Origin: Gammaproteobacteria bacterium
Lineage (GTDB): Bacteria > Pseudomonadota > Gammaproteobacteria > Ga0077536
Direction: 5' to 3'
NCBI GenBank assembly: GCA_965278995.1
Contig: OZ257136.1
Span: 1,777,458-1,841,457, forward strand
DNA: 64,000 nucleotides
Both the position numbers and the translations under genes were made by a program. Positions 1 to 9,973 of the stretch are shown in pieces. The notes below the pieces were generated by a model. The model was not told the origin of the DNA. It was given only the letters and a program-made list of their open reading frames with translations, and did not search any database. Position 1 is the stretch's first letter, and each line of letters starts with the position of its first letter.

Positions 1-992
1 CCTCGCTCATGTGGTTGGTGTGTATCGTCACGTTTTTTCTGAGTGCCATTCTCGACAATCTGACCACCACCATTGTCATGGTCTCGTTGGTCGGCAAACT
101 CCTCGCGAAGCACGAGGATCGCCTGTTCTTTGCCGGCATGATTGTCATTGCTGCGAACTCAGGCGGCGCGTGGTCGCCTATCGGCGACGTCACGACCACG
201 ATGCTGTGGATTGGCGGTCAGATCACCACCATGGCCATTATCCAATCCGTGTTTCTTCCGTCCGTCGCAAGCCTGCTGGTGCCATTGGCGTGCACGGCTC
301 ATACCTTGCGCGGCCGCGAGGTGATTGCCCCAGATGCGACCAAGAGCGAAAGAAGCCTCGACACAACCGATTTTGAACGAAATCTGATGTTCTTCCTCGG
401 CCTCGGCATTCTGATGGCCGTGCCGGCATTCAAGACCATGACGCATCTGCCGCCGTACATGGGCATCCTTTTTGGTCTGGGCATTCTGTGGCTGGTCGGC
501 GATCTGGTCCACCGCCATAAGGAAGTCGACTCGAAACAGCACCTGACGCTGGTTCATGCGCTCAGCCGTATTGACCTCAGCTCAATTGTATTCTTCATCG
601 GCATCCTGCTTGCCGTCGCCGTACTCGAACATACGCATATCCTGAATACGTTGGCGACGTGGCTGGATCATGTCGTGAAACGGCAGGACCTGATCGTTCT
701 CATCATCGGCCTGGCCAGCGCAATCGTCGACAACGTACCGCTGGTTGCCGCGTCCATCGGCATGTACAGCTTGGTGGAATACCCTCCGGATCATTTCCTG
801 TGGGAGTTTTTGGCCTATTGTGCCGGCACCGGTGGTTCGATTCTCATCATCGGCTCGGCCGCAGGCGTCGCTGCCATGGGTCTGGAGAAAATTCAATTCA
901 TCTGGTACCTGAAGAAGATCAGCGGCCTCGCGCTGATCGGCTATCTCACCGGTGCCGGGACCTATCTGTTCCAATATCACGTGACGCATTGA
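1..992 (+). CDS. nhaD: NhaD-family Na+/H+ antiporter, 3' portion (5' end lies outside the window)
   Basis: The reading frame is open to the window edge. The profile is multi-TM hydrophobic. Motifs FFLSAILDNLTTTIVMVSL and ANSGGAWSPIGDVTTTMLWIGGQ are typical of NhaD antiporters. Confidence 0.85.
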   Translation, partial: SLMWLVCIVTFFLSAILDNLTTTIVMVSLVGKLLAKHEDRLFFAGMIVIAANSGGAWSPIGDVTTTMLWIGGQITTMAIIQSVFLPSVASLLVPLACTAHTLRGREVIAPDATKSERSLDTTDFERNLMFFLGLGILMAVPAFKTMTHLPPYMGILFGLGILWLVGDLVHRHKEVDSKQHLTLVHALSRIDLSSIVFFIGILLAVAVLEHTHILNTLATWLDHVVKRQDLIVLIIGLASAIVDNVPLVAASIGMYSLVEYPPDHFLWEFLAYCAGTGGSILIIGSAAGVAAMGLEKIQFIWYLKKISGLALIGYLTGAGTYLFQYHVTH

Positions 993-1054
993 CGTCCTGT
1001 TCTCACCTCTCACACGCGCCGATTCCGTATACTGTGTCTGCTCCCCGCGAGGCC

Positions 1055-1720
1055 ATGATCATGTCGCCCCCCGAAATACCCTTGCTGAAGCTCGATATCG
1101 TCTCCGATATCGTGTGTCCCTGGTGTTATATCGGCAAGGCGCGACTGCAGCGCGCGTTGCCCGAGATCGATCCGTCTATCTCCATTGCAGTGCGCTGGCT
1201 GCCGTTCGAATTGAATCCGACGCTGCCGGCTGACGGCATGCCGCGGGCTGAATATTGCGAACGCAAGTTCGGATCGGTCGAACGCGCCAATCAGCTTTAT
1301 GCGCGGGTCGCTGCGGCAGCCCGGCAAGACGGTCTGGCGATCGCTGTCGAACGTATTGCGCGCACGCCGAACACGCGCGCGGCGCACGTGCTGATTGCTC
1401 TGGCCGAGGAAGCCGGGCTGCAGGATGCCATCGTCGACGCTCTGTTCAAGGCCTATTTCGTCGACGGCCGCGATATCGGCGACACGACGACCTTGGCGGA
1501 GATTGCGACCGCGGCGGGATTGTCCGTCGAACAGCTGGCCGCCGCCCTGACCGACCCGGCGCGTCTTGGCGCAATTGCCGCATTCGAACAGGCGGCCGAT
1601 GAACAAGGTGTAACCGGTGTCCCGTCTTTTCTCGTCAATGGTCGCCTGCTGTTCAGCGGCGCCCAGGACCCGATCACCATTGCGCGTTCGCTGGAACGCG
1701 CCTATCAACGGCGACTTTGA
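1055..1720 (+). CDS. DsbA-family oxidoreductase (FrnE / 2-hydroxychromene-2-carboxylate isomerase-like)
   Basis: I used the internal ATG at 1055 because the ORF-track N-terminal extension overlaps nhaD and is Arg-rich. It has the CxxC motif SDIVCPWCYIGK and C-terminal GVTGVPSFLVNG, as expected for a DsbA-like thioredoxin fold. Confidence 0.85.
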   Translation: MIMSPPEIPLLKLDIVSDIVCPWCYIGKARLQRALPEIDPSISIAVRWLPFELNPTLPADGMPRAEYCERKFGSVERANQLYARVAAAARQDGLAIAVERIARTPNTRAAHVLIALAEEAGLQDAIVDALFKAYFVDGRDIGDTTTLAEIATAAGLSVEQLAAALTDPARLGAIAAFEQAADEQGVTGVPSFLVNGRLLFSGAQDPITIARSLERAYQRRL

Positions 1721-1721
1721 A

Positions 1722-2489
1722 ATGACCCGACCGCGCATACTGCTGACCAATGACGACAGCCATGATTCTCCGCTGTTTCACGACGCCATCGATGCGCTGC
1801 AACGTATCGGCGAGGTCGATATTGTGGTGCCGGCAACAGAGCAGAGCTGGAAAGGCAAGTCGATGACGCGCCATGGTGCGATCTACGCCGAACGCATCGA
1901 GATCCACGGCACGCCGGCGTGGTCGGTCACTGGCACGCCGGCGGACTGCGTGAACCTGGGCCTCTACAATCTGCTCGACGTGCGACCGGATATCGTCGTT
2001 TCGGGTATCAATATCGGCAAGAACATCGGCCTGAGTTTTCTGTTCGCCTCGGGCACCGTCGGTGCCTGCCTGGAAGCGAATATTGCCGGCCTGCCGGCGT
2101 TGGCGCTGTCCCAGGAATTGACCTCGGAAGACTTCTGGTACTGGGATGCCAATCGGGCATTTCGCGACGACACCCGCGCGACCGTCAAAGCGCTATCGGC
2201 CTCGCTCATTCCGCGTTTATGGCAGGAACTCATCGTTCCTGGCCATCACGAGCCGACGACGTGGAACGTGAATTTCCCGCAGTTCGCCGAAGCTGTGCCA
2301 CCATTGGTGCACACTCGCCTGGGTCACTCCTACTACCACGGCTGCTTCAAGCAGCGCGGCGACCAGTACCATCATAATCTGACGACCGCCGTCGTCGACC
2401 CCGCACCGGATACTGACGACGCCGCCGTCAAAGCCGGCCAGGTCAGCGTGACCTTGATCGATATGCGGACGCTCGGTCAACAGGTCTGA
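1722..2489 (+). CDS. surE: 5'/3'-nucleotidase SurE-family protein
   Basis: ATG 1722 lies directly after the preceding stop codon. Motifs RILLTNDDSHDSPLF, SGINIGKN and ASGTVGA fit SurE, although it has NDDS rather than the canonical NDDG. Confidence 0.75.
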   Translation: MTRPRILLTNDDSHDSPLFHDAIDALQRIGEVDIVVPATEQSWKGKSMTRHGAIYAERIEIHGTPAWSVTGTPADCVNLGLYNLLDVRPDIVVSGINIGKNIGLSFLFASGTVGACLEANIAGLPALALSQELTSEDFWYWDANRAFRDDTRATVKALSASLIPRLWQELIVPGHHEPTTWNVNFPQFAEAVPPLVHTRLGHSYYHGCFKQRGDQYHHNLTTAVVDPAPDTDDAAVKAGQVSVTLIDMRTLGQQV

Positions 2490-2535
2490 GCGCATCGGCT
2501 GCCCAGAGAAGCGCTGCAAAACGCAGAACTTCCAG

Positions 2536-2560
2536 CGGCACACGGACGTGCCGCCATTTT
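2536..2560 (+). terminator. Possible weak intrinsic terminator after surE
   Basis: Stem CGGCAC / loop ACGGAC / stem GTGCCG, followed by CCATTTT. It sits between convergent genes. Confidence 0.3.
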
Positions 2561-2583
2561 CGATGGACTTATTCAGAGTTTCA

Positions 2584-3273
2584 TTAGAATTCCGCTTCGA
2601 CTGCCATGCACAGGTAAGACACCAGCGGCGCCGCGCGCTTGTAGGCTTTGGCGACATAGGGAATGAAATCCGCGCGCAGGATTTCGCTATCATCGAAGTA
2701 CAGGCAGGCGATGAAATCCTTGCGCTTGAGATCCGCGATCAGAGCGTGTTCCGGCGCATAACCGCGCGGCGGGCGCGTCAACGACTCGCCGACCAGTGCC
2801 CAGTCACGCGCAAAGCTTTTCGCCTGCGTCGCCGCGCTCCAGGCGCGCGGATTGTCGACGATAAAATCGCGGATCGCATGCAGCACAGGCGGTTCCGGAT
2901 GCCAGATGCCGGCGCCGAGAAAACAATTTCCCGGCTCGATATGCAGATAGAAACCCGGCGCGTGAACGTCGGCGCCAAGTTCGTGCCGGAACTGAATCCC
3001 GACGTTGGTCTTGAACGGTGTCTTGTCGTTGGCAAACCGGGTATCGCGGTACGGTCGCATGAGCGAGCCGCCGACTTTCTTCGGGATGGCGCGAAAATGC
3101 GGCGACAGCCGCTTCAGAGTCGGCGCCATCGCCTCGATGAATGCGAGCGCGGGCATGCGCACTTCATTTTCGTAGCGCTGTTTGTTGTCGTTGAACCAGG
3201 GTCGGTTGTTATGTTTCGCGAGCTGCTTCAGAAACGGCAGACAGCCTGGCGGGAAGCCTTCAAATAGTGCCAT
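2584..3273 (-). CDS. DUF2461 (TIGR02453) family protein
   Basis: ATG start. The N-terminus FLKQLAKHNNRPWFNDNKQRYE and the motif RDTRFANDKTPFKT are characteristic of DUF2461. Confidence 0.8.
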   Translation of the reverse strand: MALFEGFPPGCLPFLKQLAKHNNRPWFNDNKQRYENEVRMPALAFIEAMAPTLKRLSPHFRAIPKKVGGSLMRPYRDTRFANDKTPFKTNVGIQFRHELGADVHAPGFYLHIEPGNCFLGAGIWHPEPPVLHAIRDFIVDNPRAWSAATQAKSFARDWALVGESLTRPPRGYAPEHALIADLKRKDFIACLYFDDSEILRADFIPYVAKAYKRAAPLVSYLCMAVEAEF

Positions 3274-3301
3274 GGTCCAGTCCTGGTCCCCTTATCCCGC
3301 A

Positions 3302-4183
3302 CTACGACGACAAACCGGCTTCGGCGCGGATATCGATGCCGACGGCGGTCCAATCCTTGTTACCCCAACCGTTGGTCACCGCTTCGCTGAAACGCGCTTC
3401 GAGCAATTCGCCGAGGCGCATGCGGGCATCGCAGGCTGCTGCCGTGCTCGCCGCCAGACGGACATCTTTCAAGCCCAGTTCAAGCTTGAACAACGGCCGC
3501 TCCCAGTTGCGTTGGTAAAGCATCCGCCCATAGTTCTCGTACAGCGGGCAGCCGAAAGGTGACGCGACGAGCATGTCGTAGAACGTCGCCGGATCAAGAC
3601 CGGATTTCTCGACCACGGCAAACGCCTCGCCCATCGCTTCGACCGCAGATGCAATCAGAAAATTGAAATTGATCTTGGCGATATTAGCGGCGCCTGTGTC
3701 TTCGCCGAAATCGAATATCTTGCGGCTGAGCGAAGTCAGCAGCGATGCGACGCGTGTTTTGGCCACGCTGCTGCCGGAGAGAATGAACGACGGCAGGCGC
3801 GCTTTGACCGCATCGGGTCGACCGATGATGGGCGCTGCCAGATAGTGCGCGCCGACCGCGGCATGCTGTTCACCGAGGCGGCGGGCACAGGCTGCTGATA
3901 TCGTGCTCATCGAGACATGTACCGCACCTGGGCCCATGGCTGCTACGACGCTGCCGTCGGCGAAGATGGCTTCCAGTGCTGCATCGTCGGCCAGACAGCT
4001 GAAGACGATGCCACCCGGCTCACACACGTCGCGCGGCGAGGCGACGATCCGGGCGCCGCGGTCGGCAAACCGGTCAGCTTTGGCCGCCGTGCGGTTCCAC
4101 ACCGCGACGGTATGGCCGTCGTCGAGCAGGTTTTCGATCATGGGCGCGCCCATGAGGCCGACACCGAGGTAACCCAGATGCAT
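3302..4183 (-). CDS. NAD(P)-dependent oxidoreductase, 3-hydroxyisobutyrate / 6-phosphogluconate dehydrogenase-like
   Basis: ATG start. It has the Rossmann motif LGYLGVGLMGAPM and beta-hydroxyacid dehydrogenase family features. Confidence 0.8.
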   Translation of the reverse strand: MHLGYLGVGLMGAPMIENLLDDGHTVAVWNRTAAKADRFADRGARIVASPRDVCEPGGIVFSCLADDAALEAIFADGSVVAAMGPGAVHVSMSTISAACARRLGEQHAAVGAHYLAAPIIGRPDAVKARLPSFILSGSSVAKTRVASLLTSLSRKIFDFGEDTGAANIAKINFNFLIASAVEAMGEAFAVVEKSGLDPATFYDMLVASPFGCPLYENYGRMLYQRNWERPLFKLELGLKDVRLAASTAAACDARMRLGELLEARFSEAVTNGWGNKDWTAVGIDIRAEAGLSS

Positions 4184-4216
4184 GCAAAAGTCTCCTTGAA
4201 AAGTTCGCGATGGCGC

Positions 4217-5815
4217 TCAGCGCAGGCCGAGAGAGCCGGGATTCATCAGATGGTCTGCATCGAGATGATCCTTGACCCCTTGCAGCAGTTGCTGCAGGGG
4301 CGGATTGTCGATCATTTCCTGATACGGATAGTACTTGCCGAGCTGCAGATGGCAGCAGCCGTGACGATCGTAGAGATCACGTAGACCGTCGCGCAGCGCA
4401 AGCGCAACGGCGCGCTTCCCGGTATCGGCCGGTATGTCTTTCCATCGTTCGGCGAAATCGTCTTCGATCAGGCTCAAACGAAATTCACCGAGTGCATCGC
4501 GCCAGTAGATGCTCGGCTCAATGACGAATTCAGTGCCGGCGAAGCAGGTCAGATAGGAACTCTTGATCTCGTGCTGTTCCATCAAGGCGCGATGCTCGGC
4601 GAAATACGCTTCTGTCGCCGAGCCAACCGCGACAGCCTTGGACAGCGGCATGAAACCATGCACCGGCAGCCAGATTTCGCCGTTGGCGCCGAGCAGCACG
4701 GTCCGGACACCGCCGAAAGGATGCGCGCGAAACACGGTCGGCAGCGTGTTATCGATTTCCCGCCCACCGGCCTCGATACAGAACTGTCGCGCCGTCATCA
4801 GGGCGATATGCGCGGCATCGCGCGAATAACTGTCGAACGTCATGTGCAACGAGTACTTGACCTTGCGCAGAAATGATTTGCCGGCGGCTGCCACTTTGAA
4901 GGACGTCCACAGCCCTTTGATGCCACCCTCGCTACCGGCGACATCGCGGAGCACAGCGAGCCCTTCGCTGAAAGTGAATCCCTGACCCTCGAATCCAGCG
5001 TTGTAGTACGGATCGAAGCCGTAACATTCGGCACACAAACGCTTCCGCGCGAGCACGGTCTGGGTCGCAATCATCGCCTCGATGGTATCGAAACCGAAAG
5101 ACATGAACAGGGTCACCGCGGGCGCCTCGATAAGGCGCAGCGTAATCTCGGCTTTAACGCCGAAAGCGCCGGTATCCGCAGTGAAGATGCCGGTCAGATC
5201 GGGGCCGAAATGGCGCCAGAACGGTGTGCCGTGCCGGTGCGCCGCCGAGCCGGTCTGCAGCACGGCGCCGTCGGCCAGCACGACTTTGAGTCCGAGCACA
5301 CTTTCGGCAACCGTGTTGTAGATGCCGGAGCCGAGAAACAGGCTGTTCTGCGACACGGCGCCGCCGACTGTCGCGTACATGCCGGAGAGCGGCCCGAAAT
5401 AAGGTGTGCGCACGCCGTGTTCGGCGAGCGCTTCATAGAGCGCCTTCCAGGTGCAACCCGCCTCGACCGTGACATACATGTCGGTCGGATTGATGTCGAG
5501 AATGCGGTTCATGCGCCGCAGATCGACCAGCATCGAGGCCTCGCGTTCCGGTTGATAACCGCGCGTATACGACATACCGCCGCCACGTGGCACAACAGCG
5601 AGCCCGCCGCGCGTCGCGATGCCAACGCAGGCGGCGAGTTCGGCTGCGTCAGCGGGCTGCACGACCATCGCCGCGATCGCACCGGGAACGTAGCTGAGAT
5701 CGGTCGAGTAGTAGCGGCGCTCGTGCTCCGACGTCAGGACATGCGCGCTGCCGACGATGCTCTTCAGCGCGTTCAGAACGCCGTTCTCATCATGACGCAT
5801 CAAAGTCGAACTCAT
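4217..5815 (-). CDS. FAD-binding (PCMH-type, FAD-linked oxidase) oxidoreductase
   Basis: ATG start, 532 aa. The N-terminal FAD-binding region contains VVPRGGGMSY and the layout is glycolate-oxidase/D-lactate-dehydrogenase-like. Confidence 0.75.
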   Translation of the reverse strand: MSSTLMRHDENGVLNALKSIVGSAHVLTSEHERRYYSTDLSYVPGAIAAMVVQPADAAELAACVGIATRGGLAVVPRGGGMSYTRGYQPEREASMLVDLRRMNRILDINPTDMYVTVEAGCTWKALYEALAEHGVRTPYFGPLSGMYATVGGAVSQNSLFLGSGIYNTVAESVLGLKVVLADGAVLQTGSAAHRHGTPFWRHFGPDLTGIFTADTGAFGVKAEITLRLIEAPAVTLFMSFGFDTIEAMIATQTVLARKRLCAECYGFDPYYNAGFEGQGFTFSEGLAVLRDVAGSEGGIKGLWTSFKVAAAGKSFLRKVKYSLHMTFDSYSRDAAHIALMTARQFCIEAGGREIDNTLPTVFRAHPFGGVRTVLLGANGEIWLPVHGFMPLSKAVAVGSATEAYFAEHRALMEQHEIKSSYLTCFAGTEFVIEPSIYWRDALGEFRLSLIEDDFAERWKDIPADTGKRAVALALRDGLRDLYDRHGCCHLQLGKYYPYQEMIDNPPLQQLLQGVKDHLDADHLMNPGSLGLR

Positions 5816-5843
5816 GGCTCGCCCTCTTTCGAATTTACCGACA

Positions 5844-7712
5844 CTACATCGCGCGCCGGCTGAAGACCGGCGACACCGGCGGCGCGTGACCGGTCTCAGC
5901 CAGACAACGTGCCTTCAATTCATCGATCGTACCGCCTTTATCGAACAGACCTGGATCTACGCGCGAATCGCGCATGAGGGCACGCAACGCTGTCGTCGCC
6001 TCGGCATCGACGTCGCCGTGCTCTCCAGCCACGACACCATAGCGGCGTGCACCGAGCGGGGTTACCAGTCCGCGCGCGATATCCTGCGCGACGAGTGCCG
6101 GTTCGCGTGCCAGTGCATCGCCCCAGCCGCCGCCGCCCCAGGTGTCGAAGTACAGCAGATCGTTTTCATTCACCACCACGCGATCGCATTTCGAGGGCAG
6201 CAATGTCTCGCTGCCATCAGCGCGCAACAGCCGTTTCGCGCTCCGCGCACCGGGAAGGCCACCGTTGACGCCCCACGGATAAGTCAGCCATCGATCGTCA
6301 TGAACGGAGATTTCGCCCGGTTCGAGAAAGCGGTAGGCAACGCGCACGCCGTTGCCACCGCGATGCAGTCCTGCTCCGCCGGAATCGGGCAGCGTCGTAT
6401 AGGTTTCAATGCGCAGCGGGAAATAGCTTTCGAGAAATTCGTTCGGTACGTTGGTGAAGCTCGGCCACAGCGAATGACCGTCCGGACCGTCGCCAGCCGG
6501 GCGGCCGGGAATCCCGCCGAATCCGATCTGGTAAAGCTGAAACCACTCACCTCGGCGGTCATAGCCGGAATACATGAAATGCGGACTGTCGGAAAATCCC
6601 GCTGCGCACATGAGATCAGGCGCACCCTGCCCGAGCAGTCCACTGATGATGTCGAAAACGCGCCCCAACGCATGTGTGCGACACGACAACGCGGCCGGAT
6701 AGCGCGGTTTGAGCAGCGTGCCTTCCGGAATACGGACTTCCATCAAATCGTAGAATCCGTCGTTGAACATGATCTGCGGGTCGAAGACCATGATCATGAA
6801 CACGCCGCAGAACATCTTGAACATTTCTTCGTTCAGAAAGAAGTTGATCGAGCCGACCGACTGCGTATCGGTGCCGCTGAAATCGAAGATCACCCGCTCG
6901 CCTTCACGCCACATCGTGCAGGCCAGTTTGTACGGCCCCATGCCCATGCCGTCGTCGCAGATGTAGTCCTCGAAATAACGTCTGGTCTCGGGAATGGCCT
7001 GCGTGATCAGATGTGCCATGGCGCGCCGATTCCGTGCCAGCAATTCGGCCATCGCAGCATGCAGGACATCGTCGCCAAAGCGCGCCGAGAGTTCCACGCA
7101 GCGCCGCGCAGCTGTGCGGCAGGCCGCAACGATGGCGTTAAAATCGCTATGGTTCCATTGCGGCAGGCGGCAGTTCCGCAGGATCAGTTTCAGCAGGTCT
7201 TCCTGCAGACGATCGCCTTTGTAGATCTTGACTGGTGGAACGACGATGCCTTCCTCGAAGATCTGTCGCGCATCGGTCGGCAGGCTGCCCGGCACTTTGC
7301 CGCCGATATCGGTCATGTGCCCGAACATCGCGGCCCATGCGATCAGGCGACCATCCTTGAATATCGGTAGCAATACCAGCCAATCGTTGGCATGACTGAT
7401 GGCACCGTTGCAGGCATACGGATCGGTCGTGAGGAAAATATCGCCTTCTTCGATAGTGCCATCGTATGCAGCCATGAAACCGTGGATGAACGAGCCGAAC
7501 TGGCCGACCACCATCTTGCCATCGCGATTGGCGATGAGCGGAAATTCGTCGTGCTGTTCGCGGATACCGGGCGACATCGCGGTGCGAAACAAGACGGCGT
7601 CCATCTCATAACGCGCGTTTTTCAGTGCGTTCTCGATGATATCCAGGGTGACAGAATCGACGTTGACCGGCGCGAACGGTGTGGTATTCGATTCGATGAG
7701 TCTGGCGGTCAT
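5844..7712 (-). CDS. hyuB: Hydantoinase B / oxoprolinase family protein
   Basis: ATG start. The N-terminus DSVTLDIIENALKNARYEMDAVLFRTAMSPGIRE and the motif GGGGWGD are typical of HyuB. Confidence 0.9.
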   Translation of the reverse strand: MTARLIESNTTPFAPVNVDSVTLDIIENALKNARYEMDAVLFRTAMSPGIREQHDEFPLIANRDGKMVVGQFGSFIHGFMAAYDGTIEEGDIFLTTDPYACNGAISHANDWLVLLPIFKDGRLIAWAAMFGHMTDIGGKVPGSLPTDARQIFEEGIVVPPVKIYKGDRLQEDLLKLILRNCRLPQWNHSDFNAIVAACRTAARRCVELSARFGDDVLHAAMAELLARNRRAMAHLITQAIPETRRYFEDYICDDGMGMGPYKLACTMWREGERVIFDFSGTDTQSVGSINFFLNEEMFKMFCGVFMIMVFDPQIMFNDGFYDLMEVRIPEGTLLKPRYPAALSCRTHALGRVFDIISGLLGQGAPDLMCAAGFSDSPHFMYSGYDRRGEWFQLYQIGFGGIPGRPAGDGPDGHSLWPSFTNVPNEFLESYFPLRIETYTTLPDSGGAGLHRGGNGVRVAYRFLEPGEISVHDDRWLTYPWGVNGGLPGARSAKRLLRADGSETLLPSKCDRVVVNENDLLYFDTWGGGGWGDALAREPALVAQDIARGLVTPLGARRYGVVAGEHGDVDAEATTALRALMRDSRVDPGLFDKGGTIDELKARCLAETGHAPPVSPVFSRRAM

Positions 7713-7722
7713 ATTGAGTCCC

Positions 7723-9777
7723 TCAGACGTCCGGAGTGATCAGGATATTGCCGAAATCATCGACCCGGCCGTGATGCCCGGGCAGGATGAGCGTGGTCGA
7801 GTCCATTTCGGTTACGACAGCCGGCCCCGGTATCGAAGCGCCGGCGCCGAGCAGCGCACGATCGTAGATGCCTGCAACCAGCCGCAGGCCGGCAATGAAC
7901 ACTGGCTGCTCACCATAACGGGCAGCGGCAATGTCCGCGCCGGGCGCAAGGCACCGCGCGCTGACGCTGGCAGCGAGGCCGAGCACGACCGCGCGCAGAT
8001 TGACGATTTCTTTGTCGGCCGGCAGTGCGAACGTGAATAGTTGCTCGTGCATCGCGTCGAATCGCCCGCCGATGACGGTCAATGATTCCGCGATATCGTC
8101 AAGTTCGAGATCGACGGTCAGCGACAGGCCCTGCCCGTGATACCGCAGATCGATCTGAAAGCTCGTCGTCTGGTCCGCTGCAGCGACGCCCTCACTGGCC
8201 AGAGCGGCACCAGCGGCAGCGGCGAGTTCGACCAATACCGCACGGATCTCCTCCGCGCTGGTTTCGCTGAAACGCCGGATGAACGTGCGCGAGGCTTCGT
8301 CGCGCAGGCGCGTCGTCGCGTCGCCGTAAGCGCACAGCACACCTGGCCCGGGTGGAATGATCACCGGCCACGAGCCCATCAGGCGGCCCAGGGCATTGGC
8401 GTGCAAAGGGCCTGCACCGCCGAAAGCAATCAAGGCGAAGTCGCGCGGATCGTAGCCCTGTTCGACCGAGACCAGTCGCAGCGCGCCGAACATGTGTTCG
8501 TTGACGATGTTGTAGATGCCTTCGGCAGCCTGTTCCAGCCCGAGGCCAAGCGCAGCGGCCACTTCGGCGACTGCTGCTTGCGCACACGCCGGGTCGAGGC
8601 GCATATCGCCGCCAAGCCTGGCCGCCGCTGGCAGATAGCCAAGCACGACATTGGCGTCGGTCACGGTTGCCGCAGTTCCGCCTTTACCGTAAGCCGCAGG
8701 ACCCGGATCGGCACCGGCACTGGCCGGCCCCACGCGCAGCGCACGGGTCAAGCTCGGGACGTGCGCTATCGAACCGCCACCGGCACCGACCGTGCGCACG
8801 TCGATGGATGACGCGCGCACGGTGACATCGCCGACCGTCGTCTCGCGGCGCAGCCGCGCAGTTCCGCGCTGAACCAGGGCGACGTCAGTCGAGGTGCCGC
8901 CCATGTCGAGCGTCAGGAGGTCCTCGAAACCGGCGGAACGCGCCACCCAGATGGCGCCGGCGACGCCGCCGGCGGGGCCGCTCATGAGCAGATTAACCGG
9001 ATAGTTCGCTGCCGCAACGGCACCGGCCAGGCCGCCATCGCTGCGCAGAATATTGAGTTTGACATCCTGCATGCGGCGCGCCAACTCGGCTTCGAGATTC
9101 TGCACATAGGAAGCCACGCGCGGGCGAACATAGGAATTGGCCACCGTCGTTACGGTACGCTCGTATTCCTGCATCTCGGGAATGACTTCTGCCGAGATCG
9201 AGACTGGAATGCCGGGCAGTTCCTCGGCGGCGATGTCGCGCACGCGACGCTCGTGCACATCGTTGGTGAACGAATTGATCAGACACACAGTGAGCGCTTC
9301 AATGCGGCCGGCCGCCAATGCGCGCAATCGCGGCCTGAGCGTGGTTTCGTCCAGCGCACGAACGATGTCGCCGCGGGCGCCGATACGTTCGTCCGCTTCG
9401 ATGGTCAGTTCCAGTGGCGCCATCGGTTCGGATTTTTTGTAGATAACCCAGGCGCCGAGCCCACCCGGTACGTAAGACCGCGCGATCTGCAGTACCTGGC
9501 GATAACCTGCGGTCGTCACCAGACCGACACGCGCGCCGGTGCCGGTCAGCACGGTATTGGTCGCGACGGTGGTGCCGTGCATGACATGCGTGATGGCAGC
9601 TGGCGCGATGCCGGCGCGCTCGCATACCCGCTCGATGCCATTCAACACACCGAGTGACGAATCTGCCGGCGTGGATGGGACTTTGGCAGTATGAATTTCG
9701 CCGGAGTGTTCATTGATCAGCAGCACGTCGGTGAAAGTCCCACCAACGTCCACGCCAAGTCGATAAGTTGATACCAC
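7723..9777 (-). CDS. hyuA: Hydantoinase A / oxoprolinase family protein
   Basis: The motif YRLGVDVGGTFTDV lies near the N-terminus. I chose GTG at 9777, preceded by GAGGA, over the ORF-track start at 9882 because the extension is Arg/Gly-rich and non-homologous in appearance. Confidence 0.88.
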   Translation of the reverse strand: MVSTYRLGVDVGGTFTDVLLINEHSGEIHTAKVPSTPADSSLGVLNGIERVCERAGIAPAAITHVMHGTTVATNTVLTGTGARVGLVTTAGYRQVLQIARSYVPGGLGAWVIYKKSEPMAPLELTIEADERIGARGDIVRALDETTLRPRLRALAAGRIEALTVCLINSFTNDVHERRVRDIAAEELPGIPVSISAEVIPEMQEYERTVTTVANSYVRPRVASYVQNLEAELARRMQDVKLNILRSDGGLAGAVAAANYPVNLLMSGPAGGVAGAIWVARSAGFEDLLTLDMGGTSTDVALVQRGTARLRRETTVGDVTVRASSIDVRTVGAGGGSIAHVPSLTRALRVGPASAGADPGPAAYGKGGTAATVTDANVVLGYLPAAARLGGDMRLDPACAQAAVAEVAAALGLGLEQAAEGIYNIVNEHMFGALRLVSVEQGYDPRDFALIAFGGAGPLHANALGRLMGSWPVIIPPGPGVLCAYGDATTRLRDEASRTFIRRFSETSAEEIRAVLVELAAAAGAALASEGVAAADQTTSFQIDLRYHGQGLSLTVDLELDDIAESLTVIGGRFDAMHEQLFTFALPADKEIVNLRAVVLGLAASVSARCLAPGADIAAARYGEQPVFIAGLRLVAGIYDRALLGAGASIPGPAVVTEMDSTTLILPGHHGRVDDFGNILITPDV

Positions 9778-9973
9778 GATAGTCCTCGGTAGTTCGCCGC
9801 CAATCCTGCCTTCACCCGGGCACTCTACGGCAGAGCCATTACGCAATCTCCGAGAGCGCTGGTCAAGCGCCCGCTGACCCACCTGGATTCAGGTGTCAGC
9901 GCCTGCTAGGCTTCTGACCGACAGGCTGACCGCAGCACATCCGCCCGCGGTGCCGAGATGAGGACCGACTGCC

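Noticed and set aside
659-1054. N-terminal extension of the DsbA-like ORF
   Set aside because: It overlaps the nhaD coding region in another frame and is Arg/His-rich junk. ATG 1055 gives the normal distance to the CPWC motif.
5814-7370. 518-aa plus-strand ORF
   Set aside because: It is entirely antisense to the well-supported hyuB gene. Its Arg/Ala-rich, low-complexity composition is typical of shadow ORFs in high-GC DNA.
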